Of a stretch of DNA of 58,163 bases, positions 36,446-45,740 are shown piece after piece. The stretch spans positions 1 through 58,163 of the IMG/VR virus record IMGVR_UViG_3300048044_000016; one strand, 5' to 3'. Each line of letters starts with the position of its first letter. Position 1 is the stretch's first letter. The position numbers and the translations under genes are program-made. The DNA is from a virus (Duplodnaviria; Caudoviricetes). A model generated the notes under the pieces. It was given only the letters and a program-made list of their open reading frames with translations, did not search any database and was not told the DNA's origin.

Positions 36446-36664
36446 ATGAGGAAATACGACAAAGACGACGTGATGCAGGCCCTTCGTGACCTCATTGCAA
36501 AGTCCAACCAGAGCAAAGTGGCAGCAGGACTCGGATACACCCCGCAGTACATCTCTCAAGTCCTGTCGGGCAAGAAGGCGCTGACGTTCGATCTTGCCTT
36601 GCGCGTGGGATTCATTCAACTGCCCGACGCTTACGTGCGGGCACCGAAAGGAAAGGTGAAGTAG
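36446..36664 (+). CDS. Cro/XRE-like HTH regulator
   Basis: NQSKVAAGLGYTPQYISQVLSGKK HTH. Confidence 0.8.
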   Translation: MRKYDKDDVMQALRDLIAKSNQSKVAAGLGYTPQYISQVLSGKKALTFDLALRVGFIQLPDAYVRAPKGKVK

Positions 36665-37122
36665 TGAGAAAGCCTCCGATTGAAGCAGAAGCATTTGCGA
36701 AGTGGTTGCGCGATGAAGGCGCATGTGGCGAGTCCCGCCGGTGGTCAAAAGGTCTGGACCTCTTGACGATATGGAATACTTGCGAACGTGGCGATTGGCT
36801 TGAATGGCTACTGAACACTTGCGGGTATCAATGGACGGCCCCGGCGTGGGAAGCCTACCGGGAGGCGAAGGACACGGCTGAGGAAGCCTACCAGAAGGCG
36901 AAGGCCCCGGCGTGGGAAGCCTACCAGAAGGCGAAGGCCCCGGCGTGGGAAGCCTACCAGGAGGCGACGGCCCCGGCTGAGGAAGCCTACCAGGAGGCGA
37001 CGGCCCCGGCTGAGGAAGCCTACCAGGAGGCGACGGCCCCGGCTGAGGAAGCCTACCGGAAGGCGAAGGCCACGAGTATCCGCGAGATCATCCCATATCC
37101 GTTTGAGAAAGAAGGCAAGTAG
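36664..37122 (+). CDS. Hypothetical protein with 11-aa tandem repeats
   Basis: GAC..W..RGDWL.W N-domain plus APA(W/E)EAYQ(E/K)A(K/T) repeats. Confidence 0.7.
   Translation: MRKPPIEAEAFAKWLRDEGACGESRRWSKGLDLLTIWNTCERGDWLEWLLNTCGYQWTAPAWEAYREAKDTAEEAYQKAKAPAWEAYQKAKAPAWEAYQEATAPAEEAYQEATAPAEEAYQEATAPAEEAYRKAKATSIREIIPYPFEKEGK
36835..37070 (+). repeat. 33-bp coding tandem repeat, about 7 copies
   Basis: GGCCCCGGCTGAGGAAGCCTACCAGGAGGCGAC-like units, in frame. Confidence 0.9.
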
Positions 37123-38390
37123 TGGACAACCAGAATGCACTGCAAGTTCAGGACACTGACAAACTGACCGAGTATCAAGAGCAAAGCATCTCCATGGTGC
37201 AGCAGCGGGAAAAGGCCAAGATCGAGTCTCGATACATCATGGCTTTGCGTCAACCGCGAGACAAAGACCTCACAGCAGTTCGCCAGAAGATGCTACGTGA
37301 ATGCAGCCGGCCTTCTTTCTGTGCTCCTGACATGAGCAAAAATGGGTCCAGCGTGGCAATCTACCGTATCCCTCGTGGAAGTGGAAGCAAGAGGGTCTAC
37401 ATCGAAGGCGTCACGATTCGTTTTGCAGAGATGGCAAAACGCTGCTACGGTCACATCTTCGTGGAAGTTACGCCGCTTGGCGAGGATGAGACACAGCAGA
37501 TTTATCAGGTTGAGGCGACCGACTATCAGAATAACGACGGCGGAAGCGAGATCGTGATTGTCCCGAAGCGCATTGAACGGAGTTACGCCAAGGATTCAGA
37601 TGTGGTCCTTTCAAAGCGAACAAACAGCAGCGGGGAGACAACCTTTACCATCATCCCAACCGATGATGAGCTATTGATGAAGCGGAACGCGCTGCTCTCA
37701 AAGGCTCGGCGCAATGTCATCATGGCCTGTATCGATGGATGGTTGGTCGAAGAGTGCAAAGCGAAGATTTGGGATACGGCGGCGGCCAAGGATGCGGAGA
37801 ACCCAGGTGCCGCAAAGACGGCTATCTTTGATGCCTTCGCATCCATCGGAGTATCAGCAGTACAGTTGAATGACTACCTTGGACACGCTGATTCTTTGAG
37901 TCCTGCCGAGCTTGACGAACTGCGCAGTCTGTACGGCGGTATCAAAGAGGGTTACACGACATGGGCAGAGATAGCGGCCAGCAAGGGCGAAGGCAAGGAC
38001 GACGGTTCAGCAGATCGCATCGAAGCGCTGGTCAAGGAACTGGAGTATACCCCCGCACAGGCCAGGACGAAGAAGGCAAAATATGCCGGTCGCCCGAAAG
38101 AGTTGATTGAGTGGCTTGAGGGTGAAGTTGCCAAGAAGCGCAACGACGGCGGCAAGCGCGAGAGCAAAACCCAGGAGGCCGACACAGCGAAGAATGGTAC
38201 GACAGAGACTTCGACTTCACAATCAACGGAACAGAAGACGGCGCAAACTGAGCAGAAGTCCACTCACCGCGAGTCGGCCGAACCGGAGCCACAGCAGGAC
38301 GCAAAGCAGTCGTGTCCTGTTGAGCAAGAGAAGCCAGCGGAGACGAAGAAGAGTGCGCCGCCGGCGAGCGATAGCTTCAATAACTGGTAA
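37122..38390 (+). CDS. Putative recombination/ssDNA-annealing-type protein
   Basis: 422 aa; A...PRD, YRIPRG..IEG.TIRFAE, SKARRN.I motifs; near a nuclease gene; function inferred from context. Confidence 0.5.
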   Translation: MDNQNALQVQDTDKLTEYQEQSISMVQQREKAKIESRYIMALRQPRDKDLTAVRQKMLRECSRPSFCAPDMSKNGSSVAIYRIPRGSGSKRVYIEGVTIRFAEMAKRCYGHIFVEVTPLGEDETQQIYQVEATDYQNNDGGSEIVIVPKRIERSYAKDSDVVLSKRTNSSGETTFTIIPTDDELLMKRNALLSKARRNVIMACIDGWLVEECKAKIWDTAAAKDAENPGAAKTAIFDAFASIGVSAVQLNDYLGHADSLSPAELDELRSLYGGIKEGYTTWAEIAASKGEGKDDGSADRIEALVKELEYTPAQARTKKAKYAGRPKELIEWLEGEVAKKRNDGGKRESKTQEADTAKNGTTETSTSQSTEQKTAQTEQKSTHRESAEPEPQQDAKQSCPVEQEKPAETKKSAPPASDSFNNW

Positions 38391-38391
38391 T

Positions 38392-38673
38392 TGAGCGTGG
38401 TGCGGTTCGACTCCGCCTCGCTTGCCGAGATCGGGTGAGAAATACGGTTCGACTCCGTTCCTGTTCGGGTCTTAGGCCCGCTTAGGTTCATAGCCATCAA
38501 AGGGGATGGGGCATGGCAGCCGGGAAAGACCGGCACAAGTTTCGGCCATCCCCAATGGGTAAGCTGGCCGGAAGGTGCGCGGGGCAGAAATGCTCGTGTA
38601 CACATAGCCATCGTGGAGATGAAGGGGCTTATCGTACGGGGTTCCCGGATAATCAAGGATGGACCCGCGCACC
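38392..38673 (+). ncRNA. Structured intergenic RNA / long csp leader with two tRNA T-arm-like hairpins
   Basis: GCGG-TTCGACT-CCGC and ACGG-TTCGACT-CCGT; further stems including GGTGCGCGGG..CCCGCGCACC. Confidence 0.5.
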
Positions 38674-38702
38674 ATAACATCAGGACACAAGAAAGGAACG
38701 TC

Positions 38703-38906
38703 ATGCAAGGAACGGTCATCTGGTTCAACAATCAAAAGGGATACGGATTTATATCCCGCGAGGACGGAGAGAAAGACCTCTTCGTCCACTACTCAGCCAT
38801 CCAACAGGAAGGCTATAAGAAGCTCACAGAAGGCCAGCGAGTGACCTTTGAAGTAGAGCAGGGTCCGAACGGCTTGCAGGCTGGAAACGTCAAGGTGGAG
38901 GGATAG
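38703..38906 (+). CDS. csp: Cold-shock protein (CspA family)
   Basis: [15 protein letters not shown] (RNP1), DLFVHYSAI (RNP2); AAAGGA RBS. Confidence 0.95.
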   Translation: MQGTVIWFNNQKGYGFISREDGEKDLFVHYSAIQQEGYKKLTEGQRVTFEVEQGPNGLQAGNVKVEG

Positions 38907-38907
38907 C

Positions 38908-40227
38908 ATGAACGTACCTGCGCTGAGACAATCCGTAGAAGACAAGATGGCTTGCGAGTACGGCTATGCACTTGCTCACACAGACCTAGTTCAGATTGGA
39001 GGGGTCAAGTTCCCCTCCACTGAGCCAGGGGAGCGCGGCCAGGACGTTCACGCGGTGCTGGCGCCCTATGCCGAGCATTGCACGCGCAAGAAGGTGCCAG
39101 CAGACTTTGTTTATCTCGAATCACTATGCAAAGCTATCGGCGATGAAGCATGGAGCATTCTTGAGTCCTGCCGCGACAATCTAACCATCGACTGGCAGAA
39201 CTTCATGGGAGCCGAAATCTCCTTCGGACTTGACGAAGACTTCCGGCCGACTTGGAGCTATGACCACGATGGGAAGCGAGTCCCGATATGGCCGGGATGG
39301 GGAATTAAGGACTCTGGAAAAGAGCCTATCTACTGCGGCATTATCGATCAACTGTATGTGATGCCCGGCGGCCGGTTGGCACTCGTTCCTGACTGGAAAA
39401 CTCATCCCCGCCCATTCCAGGCCGATACCGTGCAAGGGAAGCGTTACGACCTTGCAGTCATGATGCACTTGCCCGAACTTACAGAGAGCGAGTTTTCTCT
39501 TCGCTTCATTCGCTACGCCAATGCGGTGACCACCAAGAAGTATTTCCGCTCGGACGTTCCTGACCTCATGGAAAACATGCGCAGAGCGCGGGCGCGCCAG
39601 GTTGCCATTCATGAGAAGGTAGCCAACACCGAACCGCTTCGGGCGCACGGCGGCGCTCACTGTACTTATTGCCCCTGCACCTTGAACCCCGTCGCCTATC
39701 CCTGCCCCATCATGAAACTGAATCCGAATCTCAACATGAGGCCGGAAGAGCGGCTGAACTGGAAGCTGGTTTACGGAGCAATGGCAGCGGTGAATGACAA
39801 GGTTCTGCATCAGTTGGTGGATGGATCAGGACTCGAAATCTACTCTCAGGATGCCAACGGCAAGGTATACAAGTACGGCCCAAAGCCATCAGAGGAGACG
39901 ACGGCCCCACTGTTTGTTCAGGACGGCAAAGGTGGATTCGCAATGCCCATCCTCGACGCGCTGATGGACTGGGCCAACGCTAACCCCAAGGACCTCATCC
40001 CGCGCAAGGGAAGCCGGCCATGGTTCTGCAACCTCCGCATTGGATGGTCGCAACTCAAGAGCTATCTCAAGGCCAACAAGCGCGAGATCATCCACAACAA
40101 GATAAAAGACCTCGTGACCGTCAAGACAACTGTAGAGTACGGAGTTACGCTGGAAGCGGAAGTCGATGACGGAGTGGAAGAGAAGAAACATTGGGACGCT
40201 TCGGGTCCTGATGAAATGGAGTTCTAA
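38908..40227 (+). CDS. PD-(D/E)XK Cas4/RecB-like exonuclease
   Basis: G..VH, E, GIID, DWKT motifs; C-terminal C..CP..C cluster. Confidence 0.75.
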   Translation: MNVPALRQSVEDKMACEYGYALAHTDLVQIGGVKFPSTEPGERGQDVHAVLAPYAEHCTRKKVPADFVYLESLCKAIGDEAWSILESCRDNLTIDWQNFMGAEISFGLDEDFRPTWSYDHDGKRVPIWPGWGIKDSGKEPIYCGIIDQLYVMPGGRLALVPDWKTHPRPFQADTVQGKRYDLAVMMHLPELTESEFSLRFIRYANAVTTKKYFRSDVPDLMENMRRARARQVAIHEKVANTEPLRAHGGAHCTYCPCTLNPVAYPCPIMKLNPNLNMRPEERLNWKLVYGAMAAVNDKVLHQLVDGSGLEIYSQDANGKVYKYGPKPSEETTAPLFVQDGKGGFAMPILDALMDWANANPKDLIPRKGSRPWFCNLRIGWSQLKSYLKANKREIIHNKIKDLVTVKTTVEYGVTLEAEVDDGVEEKKHWDASGPDEMEF

Positions 40228-40231
40228 CAGT

Positions 40232-40353
40232 TCGCGCGTCATCTTGGATGGACAAGACTGGCCAGCCTCGGGTTAGAGGGAGAGCGCCCGCAGTATACGA
40301 GGAACTACGGGGAAGTGCCTTCAGAGAGCCGGAATCAAGCCCGGCCCGCGCGA
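40232..40353 (+). ncRNA. tRNA-like structured element
   Basis: TCGCGCG/CGCGCGA closing stem, TCTTG..CAAGA arm, GCCGG-AATCAAGC-CCGGC T-arm-like hairpin; no canonical anticodon arm. Confidence 0.35.
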
Positions 40354-40379
40354 TTCAACCTTTCAGAAAGGGAACGACA

Positions 40380-42302
40380 ATGAAACTCAGCACCATCCAT
40401 CTTGAAGACTTTGGCCCATACGTGGACCAAACCGTCAACTTTGATCAGCCCCTCAACGTCATTCGCGGAGACTTAGCACAGGGCAAGACGAAGCTCTCGC
40501 AAGCCATCCAACTCAGCTTTGCCAAGATATGCGATGGCATCGACGGTAAAGGCTCCGGATTCCGTGACAAGATCCGTCTCGGGCAAGACAAGGCCATCAT
40601 CACCGCTGGTCTGGAAACTGCGCAGGGCACCATCCAAATCAGGACCACCTACGGACCCGGCAAGAGGGGGCGCGACTCTGTTGTGATTGCTGGAGAGGGC
40701 GGCAACGCTGTGAATCTTGCAGCCGGATTCCAGCAGTACCTTCAGCGCAGTGAGGAGCGTTTCTCTTGTGTCCTGGACTCGGAATACTTCACACGTCCCG
40801 GCACAGATCAGCGCGCCATCCTCGCATCGCTGGTGTTGCCAACACATCACGACTTCGACGCAAAGATGAAAGAGCTGGTCGAGAAGCATCTCGGCAAGGT
40901 CATCGACTGGAATGCGAGTCCTGTTGCCGTCATCGACAAGATGTTTGGAGACAAGAGCAGCGGCGTCTACAACGCCAGGACTCAGGCCAAAGCGGCTCTC
41001 GGCGCCATCTACATCCCACAGAAGCCAGTGCAACCTCAGTATCCTGCCGAGCTGGTCCAGCAGAAGCTACTGGCCTTGCGCGAGAAAGCTTCGCAGGAAG
41101 CGAAGAAGGTTAAGCGCTCTGGCACGGCGCAGACTGGCCGCATCGAGAAGGACATCGAGAACAAACAGAGCGACCTTCTCCTCCTCAACAACGACTACTC
41201 TGAGGCAATCAAGGAACGCGGAGCAATTGATTCACGGTTGCTTGATGGTCCTGAACTTGCCAAGCTCAAGCGCACACGCGACCAGCGATCGGCTTATGAC
41301 ACTCTTCAAACCGCTATCGATGCTTTCGCGCGCGAAATTCAGGGCATGAAGGATGCTCAGGAGATTTACGAAGGACTCCGCAGTGATGCCCATTGCCCTA
41401 CCTGCCATCAGGAGATCACTGCCAAGTTCATTGACGGCGAGATTGCCAAGCATAAGGAACTTGAGCAGCAGTCCGCGAAGTCTCAAAGTGAACTGATGAT
41501 GCAGCAAGCCGCACTCGGCAACATTACCGAGGCAGAAACAAAACTTGAGCATCATGAGCGCGATGTCGAGAAGAAACTGGAAAACGTCAAGCGCATCACT
41601 TCACTCTCCGAGAAGATCACGACAACCGAGAAGGCTATCAAGGTACTTGAAGCCTCCCTCGCAACTGCCAAGACTGCCGAGTCTGAGCCGGTCGATACGA
41701 CTGCGATCGATGCGGTGAACACTGAAATCAGCGAGTGGGAAGCAAGACTCGCGCCGGCAGTCCAGTACGAGTCAACCGTGACGCAGATCGAGACGGCTAC
41801 AAAGCAGTGGCAGGACAAGAAGAACGACGTGGACGAGTTGGAAACACTCTGCGAACACTTCGGCCCCAAAGGCATCAAGGCCACTCTTCTGCAGAATCAT
41901 ATCGGTGGGTTCAATGAGTCGGTGAATCGTGTCCTGAACTGGTGGGGATACTCGGCAACGCTCTCCTTTGAGCCCTACAGCTTCGACGTGGTGACGCCGG
42001 AGACTGCTCCGAAGACGCTTCCGGTCAAGGAACTGAGCGGTTCTGAGTTGTTCCGGTTCCTGGTGGCTCTCCAGTGCGCAATCTCCGTCTACTCCAAGAT
42101 CAAGATGGTTCTGATTGACAAGGCCGACATCCTGATCGACGCACACCGCGGAAAGCTCTTCGCGGGGGTAAAGCATCTGCTCGATACCGGGCTGTTGGAG
42201 AAGGCATTCATCTTTGTCGCTGACAAGCGGCGTGAGGCTCCGAAGCAAGAGGGAGTCGGGTTCTACCTGGTGGAGAAAGGAAAGGTTGAGAGACTTTCAT
42301 GA
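40380..42302 (+). CDS. SbcC/Rad50-like SMC-family ATPase
   Basis: IHLEDFG, GDLAQGKT Walker A, coiled coil with CPTC zinc hook, LSGSE signature, VLIDKAD Walker B variant. Confidence 0.85.
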   Translation: MKLSTIHLEDFGPYVDQTVNFDQPLNVIRGDLAQGKTKLSQAIQLSFAKICDGIDGKGSGFRDKIRLGQDKAIITAGLETAQGTIQIRTTYGPGKRGRDSVVIAGEGGNAVNLAAGFQQYLQRSEERFSCVLDSEYFTRPGTDQRAILASLVLPTHHDFDAKMKELVEKHLGKVIDWNASPVAVIDKMFGDKSSGVYNARTQAKAALGAIYIPQKPVQPQYPAELVQQKLLALREKASQEAKKVKRSGTAQTGRIEKDIENKQSDLLLLNNDYSEAIKERGAIDSRLLDGPELAKLKRTRDQRSAYDTLQTAIDAFAREIQGMKDAQEIYEGLRSDAHCPTCHQEITAKFIDGEIAKHKELEQQSAKSQSELMMQQAALGNITEAETKLEHHERDVEKKLENVKRITSLSEKITTTEKAIKVLEASLATAKTAESEPVDTTAIDAVNTEISEWEARLAPAVQYESTVTQIETATKQWQDKKNDVDELETLCEHFGPKGIKATLLQNHIGGFNESVNRVLNWWGYSATLSFEPYSFDVVTPETAPKTLPVKELSGSELFRFLVALQCAISVYSKIKMVLIDKADILIDAHRGKLFAGVKHLLDTGLLEKAFIFVADKRREAPKQEGVGFYLVEKGKVERLS

Positions 42303-42727
42303 AAGCTCTGAGTGTACGCGCTCCGTGGTGGTGGGCAATCCTGCACGGTAAGCCGGTAGAGAATCGGGACTGGTCTACCAACTTTCGCGGCCGATTCTAT
42401 ATACATGCGAGCAAGTTCTGGAAGATAGATGAGATTTCCGACGATTGGGATGATGTGAAGTATATGGCTGCGCAGGACAATATCCCGATGCCTATCCCAG
42501 TCGGCAACGAGGCATCTCGTGACTTTACCGTGGCGATGCGTGAAGCGGGAGGCTGCATTGTTGGCTCTGCCGTCATCACTGATTGCGTGACGAAGCATCC
42601 GAGCGCGTTCTTTCAAGGTAAGTTTGGATTTCTGCTTGCCGATCCGATCATCTTCAGGACTCCAATACCGTTCAAGGGTGCGCTCGGTTTCTTCAATGTT
42701 CCGGATGATGTCCTGGTGAATCAATGA
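42299..42727 (+). CDS. ASCH domain protein
   Basis: KALSVRAPW..AILHGKPVENRDW.T..RG..YIHAS..KGALGFF. Confidence 0.9.
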   Translation: MKALSVRAPWWWAILHGKPVENRDWSTNFRGRFYIHASKFWKIDEISDDWDDVKYMAAQDNIPMPIPVGNEASRDFTVAMREAGGCIVGSAVITDCVTKHPSAFFQGKFGFLLADPIIFRTPIPFKGALGFFNVPDDVLVNQ

Positions 42728-43254
42728 TCGACTTGAAGATGTATCAGAAGCGTGTCGCCCAGCTCTACAACGACGAGCGTAAATGGTGGCGCAAGGAACT
42801 CGAAAAGCAAGCCACCAAGGCGGGATTCGTTCTCGATGTTGCCCTGGACGAAATCCTTCCCTACACGCAAGCACAATTCGGGAAGTGGCTCTGGACACAG
42901 ATTCAACTTGGGGTGATCCTTTGCCCCTACTGTGGGGCACCGATTGACATTCTGAGCATGGAGTTAGACCACAAGACTCCAAAACGCAGGCATGGGGGTC
43001 CTGAACTCGCCAACAAGCAGTGCATCTGCCGCAAATGCAATGGCAGCAAGGGCGACTTCACGCACGAGGAGTATGTGGAGATCGTCATGTTCATGCAAGG
43101 CCTTGGTGCTCCGTTCCGGCAGCGATTGGAAGGCGTGATGAGGAACGGCGGCATCGGGAACATGATGAGAAACTTCCCGCGCAAGGATGCGAAGGGCGTC
43201 AAGAAACCCGCGAAGCAAGAGGCTATCTACTTCGCCGAACTCCCAGAGTTTTAG
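42724..43254 (+). CDS. HNH endonuclease
   Basis: CPYCG..LDHKTP..GG..N..C.KCN.SKG. Confidence 0.85.
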   Translation: MIDLKMYQKRVAQLYNDERKWWRKELEKQATKAGFVLDVALDEILPYTQAQFGKWLWTQIQLGVILCPYCGAPIDILSMELDHKTPKRRHGGPELANKQCICRKCNGSKGDFTHEEYVEIVMFMQGLGAPFRQRLEGVMRNGGIGNMMRNFPRKDAKGVKKPAKQEAIYFAELPEF

Positions 43255-43271
43255 GTGGCATGGAGAGCGAA

Positions 43272-43592
43272 ATGGATCACAATTTTGATGAGTTTTTTGA
43301 GAGGCAGGCCGACTGGTCGCGTGTAACGTTTGGCCCAGATAACATACGCGGTCCCATCGGCCCACTGAAACATCTGGAAAAGGAATCACGGGAGGCGCAA
43401 GAGAGCAGCGGTGACATTGAGGAATATGCCGACTGTCTCTTCCTCATCTGTGATGCGGCCAGACGCGCAGGATTCACGAAAGAACAACTCATCGGAGCGG
43501 CGTTTGCCAAACTCGCAAAGAACAAAGCGCGGACATGGCCCGACTGGAAAACTGCTCCACCAGACACTCCCATTGAGCACGTTCGGCAGTAG
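43272..43592 (+). CDS. DUF550-like dATP/dGTP diphosphohydrolase (MazG-like)
   Basis: WSRVTFG..GPLKHL.KE..E..EYADC..DAARRAG..KL.KN.AR.WPDW. Confidence 0.8.
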   Translation: MDHNFDEFFERQADWSRVTFGPDNIRGPIGPLKHLEKESREAQESSGDIEEYADCLFLICDAARRAGFTKEQLIGAAFAKLAKNKARTWPDWKTAPPDTPIEHVRQ

Positions 43593-43641
43593 GCAATGTT
43601 TGGATAACATCACAATTCTAACCAACCGAAAGAGGTGATTC

Positions 43642-43962
43642 ATGGCAGCAAAAGTGCAACCGACGAAACTAACGACGTTCTTTGAGGGGCACCGTCGCAA
43701 ATGCTTCCTCGTCCAGTGGATTCAGCATTGCAACCGTGCAGGCGTCTCGACGATCAAGCTCGACATGCAGCTCCCGTTGCTCAACCAGTCGCTTATCGGG
43801 ATGAACGACGAGATCGGCGAACCGTTCGGCCTCATGGCCAAGAACGACAGCAAGACGGAGCGTTCGGCGATCAATGTCGAGATCGAGGGCATGACGCTGG
43901 ACATCTTCTCCACCGAGACACCAGCAAAGACCACTGGGTATCGACAACCGGCGCCAAGCTGA
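43642..43962 (+). CDS. Hypothetical protein (possibly N-half of a frameshifted gene)
   Basis: GAGG RBS; 106 aa. Confidence 0.55.
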   Translation: MAAKVQPTKLTTFFEGHRRKCFLVQWIQHCNRAGVSTIKLDMQLPLLNQSLIGMNDEIGEPFGLMAKNDSKTERSAINVEIEGMTLDIFSTETPAKTTGYRQPAPS

Positions 43963-44321
43963 TGAAGCTGTATCTGGCCACGGTGGGCGAAGGCGAGAAG
44001 AAGGAAGTCAACCTGCACATGGCGATATATGTCCCGTTCACCAAAGAGATGATGGAATGGGCAGCGATCCACTTGCACAAAGACTTCTACATCGAAACGG
44101 TGTACTCCAACTCGGAATCGAAGCTGGCCTTCGCAACGGCCGATGAGACGGAACTAGTGGACGACGATACGGAAGACGGCGAGAGTCCTGAAGAGGGCGA
44201 GGACGAACCGGAGCTTGACCCGGATGCCCAGGACGACATTCCATTCGAGACGCCGCCACCCGAGGGGAAATCAGGACCCGAAAAGCTGGCCGCTTACCAC
44301 CTAAACCACAACACAGATTGA
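43962..44321 (+). CDS. Hypothetical acidic protein (possibly C-half of a frameshifted gene)
   Basis: TGATG coupling; acidic tail with DDIPF. Confidence 0.55.
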   Translation: MKLYLATVGEGEKKEVNLHMAIYVPFTKEMMEWAAIHLHKDFYIETVYSNSESKLAFATADETELVDDDTEDGESPEEGEDEPELDPDAQDDIPFETPPPEGKSGPEKLAAYHLNHNTD

Positions 44322-44500
44322 ACCAAACTCGCCAACTTGACAGACTTCAATCTGTTTTTTCTTGACTCCCGAACTGGCGCAAATTACCTTTAATAAGTCC
44401 CGCGCGCCAGCAACGGACCTCACCCAGAGGGTTGCTCCTCTGGTTAGGGGGCGGTAGTCCTTCACTTCCGCTCCCGCCCCCTTGAAGGAGGGATGCACGC

Positions 44501-45274
44501 ATGGCATATAGGCGAGAAGTCAGAACTTTACAGTCGATCAGTCTCCCGGTTGCTCCTATTATCCTGATTCGTGAGGAAACGCCTCTCCCTGAACGATATG
44601 TAGAACCATTTTGGGCACGGGAACTCGTGGACGAATGGGGAAAGCGTCCTGAACTGGTTGCGGTTGGAGCCTATCCTACTCAATCTGTTTTGCTGCGCGG
44701 TCCGAGTGGAGTAGGAAAGACCACATCGGCACGATGGATTTCGCAGAAATTGAAGATGCCACTTTTCTCGCTATCGATGGCCAGGACAATCGAAAGCTAT
44801 ATGGGGGCTACGGGGAGCAACATTGAATCTGCTCTGCGGTATGCCATGGACTCTCCGGTCATGATTCTAGTAGACGAAATCGACGCTATTGCTGCGTCTC
44901 GACAGATGAAGAATTCGGACGTGGGAGAAATTTGGCGCATCACCAACACTTTCATTCAAGAGATGGACCGCTGGCATCAAGTCCCGCGCAATTCACTCCT
45001 GATCGCCACGACAAACATGAGTGACAAAGACATTGACACCGCAATCATTAGGCGTTTTGAATTGCAAGTCGAGATTTCTCTCCCAAGCGCCAAGGAACTA
45101 TCCCGCATCTCTGGTGTAGCGTGGCCGGATCAGTTCATTGTCAGTCATGCGGTATGCCGCCGAATGGTTCTTCAGGCTAAACGACGCTCAGTGCTTGCTT
45201 CATCCGACTATGAGCTCACTCTCGGGGCGATGATCTCAAGAGGAATTGCAGAGGCAAGCAATGACCCCTTCTGA
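44501..45274 (+). CDS. AAA+ ATPase
   Basis: LLRGPSGVGKT, SYMGAT..N, ILVDEID, IATTN, DTAIIRRF. Confidence 0.9.
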   Translation: MAYRREVRTLQSISLPVAPIILIREETPLPERYVEPFWARELVDEWGKRPELVAVGAYPTQSVLLRGPSGVGKTTSARWISQKLKMPLFSLSMARTIESYMGATGSNIESALRYAMDSPVMILVDEIDAIAASRQMKNSDVGEIWRITNTFIQEMDRWHQVPRNSLLIATTNMSDKDIDTAIIRRFELQVEISLPSAKELSRISGVAWPDQFIVSHAVCRRMVLQAKRRSVLASSDYELTLGAMISRGIAEASNDPF

Positions 45275-45740
45275 GCAGGAGAGAGCGTGTTATTTGGCCT
45301 ATCCCCGCCACGTGGCCCCCGCCGCTGCTATCAAAGCCATTCGGAAGGCGGTTGATCGGCTCCGCAGAGGGTGCGATGAGTATGTCGCCATGAACTCCGA
45401 GACGGCCAGGCGGTTCCTATGGAAGAAAGCAACCGAGTACGCCAGGTCGCCAGCGGGACAAAAGCCGCCAGGACACGAAGACTACCGCCCTCACCCCGCA
45501 ACATGGTTCAATCAAGAACGCTATTTTGATGATCCTGCCGAATGGCAGAAACCGAACGGAGCAAGCAATGGAAAGCAGACTGGTACGAAAGCAGACCGGA
45601 CAGTTGATGCAGTCAGAGCCGCTGTCTCCCAAGCAGCAGATCATAGTCGCCCTCGGGACACTGGCATTGATGAGGGGCGGCGAGTACAGCCAGGCGACAC
45701 TGACAGCCTTTTCGGAAGGACTATCGAAGGAACCGTTTGA
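45261..45740 (+). CDS. Replication-initiator C-terminal-like protein
   Basis: YPRHV...A.KA and PHPATWFNQERY.D motifs. Confidence 0.6.
   Translation: MTPSEQERACYLAYPRHVAPAAAIKAIRKAVDRLRRGCDEYVAMNSETARRFLWKKATEYARSPAGQKPPGHEDYRPHPATWFNQERYFDDPAEWQKPNGASNGKQTGTKADRTVDAVRAAVSQAADHSRPRDTGIDEGRRVQPGDTDSLFGRTIEGTV

Noticed and set aside
36835-37070. Possible CRISPR array
   Set aside because: Contiguous in-frame 33-bp units with no unique spacers
38392-38470. Canonical tRNA genes
   Set aside because: T-arms are present but no D-arm/anticodon arm or full cloverleaf could be built; kept only as tRNA-like ncRNA
38908-40227. Cas4-like nuclease as part of a CRISPR-Cas system
   Set aside because: No cas1/cas2 or array; solo Cas4-like nucleases are common phage recombination genes
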